DNA of 64,000 nucleotides from Acetobacteraceae bacterium (GTDB lineage: Bacteria; Pseudomonadota; Alphaproteobacteria; Acetobacterales; Acetobacteraceae). The stretch is taken from NCBI GenBank assembly GCA_027451405.1, contig DAIDJM010000024.1, forward strand, positions 1,411 through 65,410, in the 5' to 3' direction. This document shows, piece by piece, positions 24,899 to 32,596 of this stretch. The translations under genes were made by a program, and so were the position numbers. The notes beneath the pieces are model-generated. The model searched no databases, was not told where the DNA came from, and was given only the letters and a program-made list of their open reading frames with translations. Every line of letters starts with the position of its first letter. Within the stretch, counting starts at the first letter, position 1.

Positions 24899-26725
24899 TT
24901 ATGCGGCTGTTTCCGTCTTCCGCTCCATCCGCTTGCGCTCATGCGGATCGAGATAGCGCTTGCGCAGCCGCACCGCGCCCGGCGTCACCTCGACGAGTTC
25001 GTCGTCCTCGATATAGGCGATCGCCTGTTCGAGCGACATGCGGCGCGGCGGGATCAGCAGCATCGCGTCGTCCTTGCCGGCGGCGCGGATGTTGGTGAGT
25101 TTTTTCTCCTTGATCGGGTTGACGTCGAGATCGGAGCCGCGGCTGTGCTCGCCGAGGATCATGCCGACATAGACGGCCTCGCCCGGCTCGACGAAGAGCG
25201 TGCCGCGTTCCTGCAGGTAGAAGAGCGCGTAGTGGACCGCAGTTCCGTTCTCGGAACTGATGAGCGAGCCGGCGCGGCGGCCCTCGATGGGCCCGGCCCA
25301 GGGCTCGTAGCCGGCGAAGAGCCGGTTCATGACGCCGGTGCCGCGCGTGTCGGTGAGGAATTCGCCATGATAGCCGATCAGGCCGCGGCTCGGGATGCGG
25401 AAGGCGAGGCGCACCTTGTCGCCGCCCGAGGGGCGCATGTCCTGGAGCACGCCTTTGCGGCGGCTGAGTTTTTCGACGACCACGCCGGCATAGGGTTCGT
25501 CGACATCGACCAGCACGTCCTCGAACGGTTCCTCGCGCGCGCCGGTGTCGGGATTCTGGCGGGTGAGCACGCGGGGGCGGCCGATGGTGAGCTCGAAACC
25601 CTCGCGGCGCATCGTCTCGATCAGCACGCCGAGCTGGAGCTCGCCGCGGCCGGCGACCTCGAAGGCTTCGGTCTCCTGCGCGTCGGTGACGCGGATCGCG
25701 ACATTGCCCTCGGCCTCGCGCAGGAGGCGGTCGCGGATCTGGCGGGAGGTGACCTTCTTGCCCTCGCGGCCGCCGAGCGGGCCGTCATTGACGCGGAAGG
25801 TCATGGCGAGGGTGGGCGGGTCGACCGGGATCGCGGGGAGGGCGGCGGCGAGTTCGGGGGCGGCGATCGTGTCGGGGATGGTGGCGTCGGCGAGGCCGGC
25901 GATGGCGATGATGTCGCCGGCCTCGGCGGCGTCCACGGGGACGCGCTCGAGGCCGCGGAAGCCGAGCAGCTTGGTGAGGCGGCCGGATTCGATGGCGCTG
26001 CCGTCGGGGCGGAGCACGCGGACCGGCATGTTGAGGCGGGCCGAGCCCTGCTCGATGCGGCCGGTGAGCACGCGGCCGAGATAGGGGTCGTATTCGAGGA
26101 TCGAGGCGACCATCGCGAAGGGCGCCTCCGCGTCGAGCGCGGGGGCCGGGACGTGGGCGAGCACGAGGTCGAAGAGCGGGGCCAGGTCGCGGCGGGGGCC
26201 GTCGAGCGCGGTGTCGGCCCAGCCCTGGCGGCCGGAGGCGTAGAGCATCGGGAAGTCGAGCTGCTCGTCGGTGGCGCCAAGTGCCGCGAAGAGGTCGAAG
26301 ATCTCGGTGTGGACCTCGTCGGGGCGGGCGTCGCCGCGATCGACCTTGTTGACGACGACGATGGGGCGGAGGCCGCGGGCGAGCGCCTTGCCGACGACGA
26401 ATTTGGTCTGGGGCAGCACGCCTTCGGCGGCGTCGACGAGGACGATGGCGCCGTCGACCATGTTGAGGATGCGCTCGACCTCGCCGCCGAAATCGGCGTG
26501 GCCGGGGGTGTCGACCAGGTTGATGCGGGTGTCGGCCCAGCTGACGCTGGCGCATTTGGCGAGGATGGTGATGCCGCGCTCGCGCTCGAGATCGTTGCGG
26601 TCGAGCGCGCGTTCGGCGACCTGCTGGTGCTCGCGGAAGGCGCCGGACTGGCGGAGCAGCTGGTCGACCAGCGTGGTCTTGCCATGATCGACATGGGCGA
26701 TGATGGCGATGTTGCGGATGTTCAT
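24899..26725 (-). CDS. typA: Translational GTPase TypA/BipA
   Basis: MNIRNIAIIAHVDHGKTTLVDQLL, DTPGHADFGGEVER and VVNKVDR. ATG at 26725; the upstream track extension is not used. Confidence 0.95.
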   Translation of the reverse strand: MNIRNIAIIAHVDHGKTTLVDQLLRQSGAFREHQQVAERALDRNDLERERGITILAKCASVSWADTRINLVDTPGHADFGGEVERILNMVDGAIVLVDAAEGVLPQTKFVVGKALARGLRPIVVVNKVDRGDARPDEVHTEIFDLFAALGATDEQLDFPMLYASGRQGWADTALDGPRRDLAPLFDLVLAHVPAPALDAEAPFAMVASILEYDPYLGRVLTGRIEQGSARLNMPVRVLRPDGSAIESGRLTKLLGFRGLERVPVDAAEAGDIIAIAGLADATIPDTIAAPELAAALPAIPVDPPTLAMTFRVNDGPLGGREGKKVTSRQIRDRLLREAEGNVAIRVTDAQETEAFEVAGRGELQLGVLIETMRREGFELTIGRPRVLTRQNPDTGAREEPFEDVLVDVDEPYAGVVVEKLSRRKGVLQDMRPSGGDKVRLAFRIPSRGLIGYHGEFLTDTRGTGVMNRLFAGYEPWAGPIEGRRAGSLISSENGTAVHYALFYLQERGTLFVEPGEAVYVGMILGEHSRGSDLDVNPIKEKKLTNIRAAGKDDAMLLIPPRRMSLEQAIAYIEDDELVEVTPGAVRLRKRYLDPHERKRMERKTETAA

Positions 26726-26762
26726 CGAGGGCGCTTCTCGGGGGGCTCGGGTGGGGTGGCGC

Positions 26763-26803
26763 GCTTCCGGCGGCCAGGGGGGTTGCTCCTGGCTGCCGGA
26801 GGC
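26763..26803. repeat. REP-A hairpin-2-only module in the typA leader
   Basis: GCTTCCGGCGGCCAGGGGGGTTGCTCCTGGCTGCCGGAGGC. This is a palindrome carrying the CCGGCGG/CCGCCGG tails on both sides. Confidence 0.5.
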
Positions 26804-27041
26804 GCGCCCCGTGTTCATAGGCGGTGCTCATAGACGCCGGTTGCCGCGAGCGCGAGCCCTGAAGCCGGTGCGCCCCACGCTTGGGACCCGCCACTCGCTT
26901 TTCGAGAGCTTATGGCTTCGCTGCTCCGGGTGCCGTGCAGCCCGCGCGAAAGGGTGGGGCTTTTTCGCCCTTATGGGGGGCGGAAGGGCTTTCGGACCAA
27001 TTGCGCGACGTCCGATCCGCAGGGGTCGATCGTGGCTGCGT

Positions 27042-28382
27042 TCAGAGTCGGGCGGCCAGGCTGCGTTCAGCGGCTTGCTTGATCTTGGCAGCGGCGCGCA
27101 ATCCTGGCCGGATCAGGAGCGCGGCCTGCGCATGATCCCGCGCCATGGAGAATTTTCCGTCTTCGAAAAAAAGCTTTGCGAGCTGCAATTTTGCTTCGAT
27201 CTTGTTGGGATCCAGCCTGATCGCCCGTTCCAGCGCTGACCGCATGCCGTCGCGGTCGCCGGCACGTTTGTGAGCGCGGAACAGCGTCATCTGATGCCAA
27301 AATTCCCGGCTAACGTGCGCAGCGGTGGCGTGAAGCACGAGGGTGAGTGCATTCTCGAACAGCGTCTCCGGCGTGGGCCTGGTCTCCGTCTCGGGGAAGT
27401 TCGAGAAATCGGTGCTGAACAGGGTCGCCCGTTGCGGAAAATAGGCGCGCCGGACGGCCTCATTCGTTTCCGCGAAGTGCTCAATGAAGTTGCGCGCCTC
27501 GTCGCGGGTGGGACGCCAGCCCCGGCCAGGCAGCACTTGCGTGACCCAATCGCAGAGTATGCGCCACTGGGCGTCGGGTTCGGAATCGGCATCTGGCTGC
27601 GCGGCCCGGCGCTTCAGGGCGGCCAGCAAAATGGCCTGTCCTTCGAGGTTTATGCTGAGATTCCGTTCGCGCAAGCCAGGCGTTTCCGGAGCCGGAACAT
27701 CGATCCCGGCGGCTTGCAGGAAATCGGTGACGACGTCGCCTCCGGCGGCGGCCAGCGCATCGCGGGCGAAGATTCGGGGGCGGATCGAGCGGGCACCGAA
27801 TGCGGCCGCAAAACGGTGCAGCAGGGCTTTGTAGTTGAGGTAGCGACGCCGCTGGTTGCCGTCGGCACCTTCACGGAACAGGGCCGGCTCGACCGCGACG
27901 CCGTTACGCAGATATTGATTGTAGGCGCTGGCGACATGCTCATCCTGACGCCGCAGGTAGACGATCACGCGGGCGGAGTCGAAATAGGGCATGAGAAAAT
28001 CGGCTAGCGCCTGAACCTGCCGTCTGCGCGGCAATACGCTGAAATGTTCGCTCGTGATAATGCAGCGCGTGGTTCCCGATGGCATGGAGTCGAGTTCGGC
28101 TTTGAAGGAGTCGCGAAACGAACCGAGCCGCGTGGAAAGACCGGAGCCGCTCGCGCCGGCAGCACCGGCGAAGACGGCAGCCAGCGGGTGATGGTCGATC
28201 CGGCCGAGCGGCATGGGATAGAACACCTGCCTGGCCGCGAGCTGGTCGCGAAGCTGAGCCACGCTGTGCTGGATCGAGGTCGAACCGGTCTTGGTGACGC
28301 CGATATGCAGAATGAGTTCGCGTGCCAAAGCCTGCTCCGTGGGGTTTGCTGCGGGCAAAGCGCGGGTCGCTCGCAGCGGCAC
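27042..28382 (-). CDS. Sulfotransferase-fold-like P-loop protein with C-terminal TPR-like helices
   Basis: LILHIGVTKTGSTSIQHSV resembles a 5'-PSB PAPS-binding motif. The C-terminus RSALERAIRLDPNKIEAKLQLAKLFFEDGKFSMARDHAQAALLIRP looks TPR-like. A spot count gives ~60% GC. Confidence 0.5.
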   Translation of the reverse strand: MPLRATRALPAANPTEQALARELILHIGVTKTGSTSIQHSVAQLRDQLAARQVFYPMPLGRIDHHPLAAVFAGAAGASGSGLSTRLGSFRDSFKAELDSMPSGTTRCIITSEHFSVLPRRRQVQALADFLMPYFDSARVIVYLRRQDEHVASAYNQYLRNGVAVEPALFREGADGNQRRRYLNYKALLHRFAAAFGARSIRPRIFARDALAAAGGDVVTDFLQAAGIDVPAPETPGLRERNLSINLEGQAILLAALKRRAAQPDADSEPDAQWRILCDWVTQVLPGRGWRPTRDEARNFIEHFAETNEAVRRAYFPQRATLFSTDFSNFPETETRPTPETLFENALTLVLHATAAHVSREFWHQMTLFRAHKRAGDRDGMRSALERAIRLDPNKIEAKLQLAKLFFEDGKFSMARDHAQAALLIRPGLRAAAKIKQAAERSLAARL

Positions 28383-28565
28383 GCCCGAAGTCCCGACGGT
28401 GACCAGGCTGTTCGAGGCCGACAGCTACCCTAGCAGTCCCGGCGGGGATGAGAAAGGAATGAGGAAGGCTCTCAACCATGGGTGCGGGGTGGCGGCCGGG
28501 GTTGGCGAAACCGTTTGGGCTGTCTAGACAGGCGGCGTGGACCGACCCGTGCGGGACTGGATCGC

Positions 28566-29696
28566 GTGACCCAAAAAGCCCAGCATTTTCTCGATGAGCA
28601 GGCGCCGCAGACCCCCTGTCTGGTGGTCGATCTCGATCGGGTGGAAGAGAATTTCCGGACGGCTCGCGCGGCCTTTCCGGAGGCGCGGATCTTCTATGCG
28701 TTGAAGGCCAATCCGGCGGCGCCGATTCTGCGGCGGCTGGTGGGGCTGGGCAGCCATTTCGATGCGGCGAGCGTCGAGGAGATCGAGTTTTGCCTGGCGG
28801 CGGGGGCGGCGCCGGAGCGGATTTCGTTTGGCAATACGATCAAGAAGGCTACCGCGATCCGGCGGGCGTTCGAGGCGGGGATCCGGCTTTTCGTGTTCGA
28901 TTGCGAAGCCGAACTGGAAAAGATCGCCGAGCATGCGCCGGGGGCGCGGGTGTTCTGCCGCCTCGGGGTGGGCACCGATGGGGCGGTGTTTCCGCTGGCG
29001 CGGAAATTCGGCTGCGATCCGGCGCATGCGGCCGAATTGCTGGTGCGGGCGGCCGAACTCGGGCTCGAACCCTATGGGGTGTCGTTCCATGCTGGGAGCC
29101 AGCAGACCAGCACCGAGGCGCACGAGGCGGCGATCGGGCAGGCGGCGATGCTGTTCGACGATCTCGAACGCGCCGGCATCTCGCTCCGGATGATCAATCT
29201 CGGGGGCGGGTTTCCGACGCGCTATCAGGAGGATGTGCCGGATATCGGGGCGTTCGGCGAGCGGTTGCACCATGCACTGGCTTTCCATTTCGGAAACAGA
29301 ATACCGGAAATCCTGGTCGAGCCCGGGCGGTTGCTGGTGGGGGATGCGGGCATGCTTGAGAGCGAGGTCGTGCTCGTCAGCCGGCGCGGCAGGAACGATC
29401 CGGTGCGCTGGGTGTACCTCGATATCGGCCGGTTCGGCGGACTCTCGGAGACCGAAGGGGAGGCCACCAAATACCGGATCACGACGCCGCATGATGGCGG
29501 GCCGGACGGGCCGGTAATCATTGCGGGGCCGACCTGCGACAGCGCGGACACGCTTTATGAGAAGGCCGGTTACCGGATGCCGATGGCGCTCGCGGCGGGT
29601 GACCGCGTGCGGTTTCATGCGGCCGGGGCCTATGTGACGACTTACGCGACGACGGGCTTCAACGGGTTCAAGCCGCTCGCGGAATATTATATTTAG
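28566..29696 (+). CDS. Ornithine/lysine decarboxylase (alanine-racemase-fold, group IV PLP decarboxylase)
   Basis: IFYALKANPAAPILRRL (PLP-Lys), NLGGGFP and GPTCDSADTL. The GTG at 28566 gives 376 aa. The track ORF starts at 28482. Confidence 0.85.
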   Translation: MTQKAQHFLDEQAPQTPCLVVDLDRVEENFRTARAAFPEARIFYALKANPAAPILRRLVGLGSHFDAASVEEIEFCLAAGAAPERISFGNTIKKATAIRRAFEAGIRLFVFDCEAELEKIAEHAPGARVFCRLGVGTDGAVFPLARKFGCDPAHAAELLVRAAELGLEPYGVSFHAGSQQTSTEAHEAAIGQAAMLFDDLERAGISLRMINLGGGFPTRYQEDVPDIGAFGERLHHALAFHFGNRIPEILVEPGRLLVGDAGMLESEVVLVSRRGRNDPVRWVYLDIGRFGGLSETEGEATKYRITTPHDGGPDGPVIIAGPTCDSADTLYEKAGYRMPMALAAGDRVRFHAAGAYVTTYATTGFNGFKPLAEYYI

Positions 29697-29702
29697 GGGG
29701 AT

Positions 29703-29763
29703 GCCGCCGGCGGGCAGGGGCTCTGCCCCTGCACCCCGCTGGGGCCGGTAGGCCCCAGACCCC
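29703..29763 (-). repeat. REP-A copy A11 (reverse); left boundary of low-GC island 2
   Basis: GCCGCCGGCGGGCAGGGGCTCTGCCCCTGCACCCCGCTGGGGCCGGTAGGCCCCAGACCCC. Confidence 0.9.
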
Positions 29764-29764
29764 G

Positions 29765-30457
29765 CTATTTGTGGGCGACGGGGTTAGTTCCGCAATCCGA
29801 GGTCGTTGCCGCGGCCGCTCCGGAGCGGTGGCGTGAACGCGCAGATTGCTCCCAAATCGTCGTATCCGCGTCCCGTAGAGAGACTCCAGCCTTCGCAGCG
29901 GCCTCCTCAAGGAGCTGCAGCGCTCTGACGGCTGTGACAGGCCCCCCGGTTACGTCGCCAACCCATTGCCGGATCCGTATGTCCGGCTTTGTCGTGTTCG
30001 CGCCGAACAGCATCCGAAGGTATTGAAATCCTGCCAATCCAAAACCTCGTATTCTGGGAGTTTGCTGATCGTGGAATGCAGCGCTTTCGGCCCACGATTC
30101 CATGTTCCTGAGCTGAGACTCGCCGTCTCCAGTCCCACTGATTGTCAATGTCCATTTAGCCACTCCGGCAAGTGTATTGGCGCGATCTTTGTGGTTGTAA
30201 CAAAGAGTAGCGCAGACAAAGGCGTGTGGCGACTCGTATGCCGAAAGCGCAGATTCCAAGTCCGAAATCTTCCGTACTTGAGGATGATTTTTTTCAAAAC
30301 TGTTGAGCCGCGGAACCAGAAACCTGTCATAGTCGCGGTTAAGGGACAGAACGCAATCGATGACGCGAACAGCGGGCGGGCGACGCCAGGCTGGGTCTTC
30401 TGATTTCCTGGGCTTGATGTTACGGAGTGCCAGCACCAGGCGCTCTGAGTCCGTCAT
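29765..30457 (-). CDS. Orphan 230-aa protein with HhH-GPD (EndoIII-like) sequence pattern
   Basis: VIDCVLSLNRDYDRFLVPRL..., LCYNHKDRANTLAGVAKW... and IRGFGLAGFQYLRMLFGANTTKPDIRIRQWV parallel the EndoIII pattern LSAQ / YNSKA / GVGRKTANVVL...DTH. The ATG at 30457 follows GGGAGAG. Upstream track residues lie in high-GC or REP sequence. Confidence 0.45.
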   Translation of the reverse strand: MTDSERLVLALRNIKPRKSEDPAWRRPPAVRVIDCVLSLNRDYDRFLVPRLNSFEKNHPQVRKISDLESALSAYESPHAFVCATLCYNHKDRANTLAGVAKWTLTISGTGDGESQLRNMESWAESAAFHDQQTPRIRGFGLAGFQYLRMLFGANTTKPDIRIRQWVGDVTGGPVTAVRALQLLEEAAAKAGVSLRDADTTIWEQSARSRHRSGAAAATTSDCGTNPVAHK

Positions 30458-30591
30458 CCGGAATGGCTCTCCCTTGGGGGCGGCGGTGACCCCCTGTTGC
30501 AACGTACAACCGCTCTTGAGCATCCACCATCGCATTGAAGCCAGGGTATTGCCCAGGACCCTCTGTGGCCAGCGCCACGCTGCAAAGTGAT

Positions 30592-30652
30592 GGGGTCTGG
30601 GCCCTTTTGGCCCCAGTGGGGTCCAGGGGCAAAGCCCCTGGCCGCCGGAGGC
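30592..30652 (+). repeat. REP-A copy A12 (forward); right boundary of island 2
   Basis: GGGGTCTGGGCCCTTTTGGCCCCAGTGGGGTCCAGGGGCAAAGCCCCTGGCCGCCGGAGGC. Confidence 0.9.
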
Positions 30653-30660
30653 CAGGCCGA

Positions 30661-31644
30661 TCAGTTGGGGCGCAGCACGAGAATTTCTGCGCCGGTTCCG
30701 TAGCCGAAAAGATTGGCGCGGGCGGCGACGATGAGCCGGTCGATTTCCGGCACGAAGAGCGAGGTGCGGGCGCCGGATTTCGTCGCGATGCGGCCGATCG
30801 GGCGGTAGGGGGTGCGATCGGTCGCGAAGACATCGACGAAGCCTTCGCCGCAACTGACATAGAGACGTTTGCGCTTTTCGTCGGTGAAGACGTCGTCGGC
30901 GTCGCCGCACGTGTCGAGGCTGGCCCGGATGGTGCCGTCGGCGGCGTTCAGGGCGACCAGTCTGGCCGGATCGCGGAATGCGACGATGACGGTTTTGCCG
31001 CCATCGGCGAGGGCCATCGGGAAATTGCCGCGGAGGTCGGGCGTGCGCCAGGTGGTGAGGGGCTTGCGGGCGCCAGGGTCGAGCACGGCGATTTGTTGCG
31101 AGTCGGGGATGTTCACGAAAAGGCGCCGGCTTGCCGGGTCGAGCTGGAAGCCTTCCGGGTGGGCCGGGAGGGGGATTTGCGCGAGAAGCGCGCCGTTGGC
31201 CGGGTTGAGCGTGGCGATGCCGCCTTCGCCGTAGCCCACGAGAAAGGCGCCGCTTTGCGGATCGACGCGGATATCGTCGGCATCGCTGCCGAGTGGGGTG
31301 GTGGCGATCGGTGCGTCATCGCTGCCGCGGAGCAGGCGGACGGTGCCGTCGCCGCCATTGGCGATGGCGATGGTGTCGGTCCGCGGCGCGTAGCCGATGC
31401 CCTGGGGTTCGTGGAAGCCGGTGAGCCGCCGGATCAGCGTGCCGCGATGGAGGTCGATCACGTCGACGGTATCGTTGCCGAGCTCGGCGACGAGCAGCTG
31501 GCCCCGGGCCGGATCGAATGCCAGGTGATCGATCCGGCCGGTCACCTCGGGCAGCGCGATCGTCCGATCGAGGACGAGCGGCGGCGCGCCGGCCGCCAAA
31601 GCGGCGCCAAACGCCATGACCATCCAAAAGGTAGGCAAGGCCAA
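30661..31644 (-). CDS. Secreted YncE/YVTN-type beta-propeller repeat protein
   Basis: ...RIDHLAFDPARGQLLVAELGNDTVDVIDL... plus repeated blades. A TTG at 31644 after GGAGGG gives the signal-like N-terminus ALPTFWMVMAFGAALAAGA. An ATG alternative lies at 31623. Confidence 0.7.
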   Translation of the reverse strand: MALPTFWMVMAFGAALAAGAPPLVLDRTIALPEVTGRIDHLAFDPARGQLLVAELGNDTVDVIDLHRGTLIRRLTGFHEPQGIGYAPRTDTIAIANGGDGTVRLLRGSDDAPIATTPLGSDADDIRVDPQSGAFLVGYGEGGIATLNPANGALLAQIPLPAHPEGFQLDPASRRLFVNIPDSQQIAVLDPGARKPLTTWRTPDLRGNFPMALADGGKTVIVAFRDPARLVALNAADGTIRASLDTCGDADDVFTDEKRKRLYVSCGEGFVDVFATDRTPYRPIGRIATKSGARTSLFVPEIDRLIVAARANLFGYGTGAEILVLRPN

Positions 31645-31664
31645 TCCAACCCTCCAAAGTATAC

Positions 31665-31725
31665 GGGGTCTGGGGCCTTTCGGCCCCAGCGGAGTGCAGA
31701 GGCGGAGCCTCTGCCCGCCGGAGGC
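31665..31725 (+). repeat. REP-A copy A13 (forward) in a divergent promoter region
   Basis: Identical in core to A1. Confidence 0.9.
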
Positions 31726-31732
31726 AAGACGC

Positions 31733-32596
31733 ATGATTGATCTCGTCCTGGAAAGCCACCGCAAAAACCTGGGCGGTTTCGAAGTGGGCCGCGTGCTGCC
31801 CGCCGCGCCGCGGCGGATGGTCGGGCCGTTCGTGTTTTTCGACCATATGGGGCCGGCGGATTTTCCGGCGGGGATTCCGAAAAGCGTCGATGTGCGGCCG
31901 CATCCGCATATCGGGCTTGCGACGGTGACCTATTTGTTCGAGGGCGAGATCATGCACCGGGACAGTCTCGGCACGGTGCAGGCGATCCGTGCGGGCGAGG
32001 TGAACTGGATGACGGCCGGGCGCGGCATTACGCACTCCGAACGGTTCGAGCGGGCGCGGCTGCAGGGCGACCGGCTGCACGGGATTCAGTCCTGGGTGGC
32101 GTTGCCGGAGGGGGAGGAGGAGACGGCGCCGGATTTCTCCCATCATGCGATGGAAGATTTGCCCGAGATCGAGGGGCCGGGGGTGGTGGCGCGGCTGGTG
32201 GCGGGGAGCGCGTTCGGGATGACGGCGCCGGCACGGGTTTTCTCGCCGATGGTTTATATTCATTGGGCGTTGCGGGCGGGGGCGCGGGCGGAGGTGCCGA
32301 CCGGGCACGCGGAGCGCGCGGCTTATGTCGCGTCGGGGGAGATCGAGGCGGAGCATCGAACGTTCGGCAGCGGGACGATGCTGGTGTTCGCGCCCGGGTC
32401 GGCGCCGGTATTGCGGGCTTTGCAGGATTCGGCGGTGATGGTGCTGGGGGGTGAGAAGCTGGGGCCGCGCTATGTCGAGTGGAACTTTGTTTCGTCCTCG
32501 CGCGAGCGGATCGCGCAGGCGCGCGCGGATTGGCGGGCGGGGCGGATGCGGCTGCCCCAGGCGGACGACCAGGAGTTCATTCCGCTGCCGGAGTAG
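31733..32596 (+). CDS. Pirin-family protein
   Basis: RPHPHIGLATVTYLFEGEIMHRDSLG and NWMTAGRGITHSE. ATG at 31733; the track extension lies in A13. Confidence 0.9.
   Translation: MIDLVLESHRKNLGGFEVGRVLPAAPRRMVGPFVFFDHMGPADFPAGIPKSVDVRPHPHIGLATVTYLFEGEIMHRDSLGTVQAIRAGEVNWMTAGRGITHSERFERARLQGDRLHGIQSWVALPEGEEETAPDFSHHAMEDLPEIEGPGVVARLVAGSAFGMTAPARVFSPMVYIHWALRAGARAEVPTGHAERAAYVASGEIEAEHRTFGSGTMLVFAPGSAPVLRALQDSAVMVLGGEKLGPRYVEWNFVSSSRERIAQARADWRAGRMRLPQADDQEFIPLPE

Larger units (their letters stand above)
29703..30652. mobile_element. Candidate REP-bracketed cargo island 2 (inverted REP-A pair A11/A12 around ~0.83 kb of low-GC DNA)
   Basis: Same inward-facing geometry as island 1 and the empty doublets. 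Interior spot counts are 40-52% GC. Confidence 0.35.
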
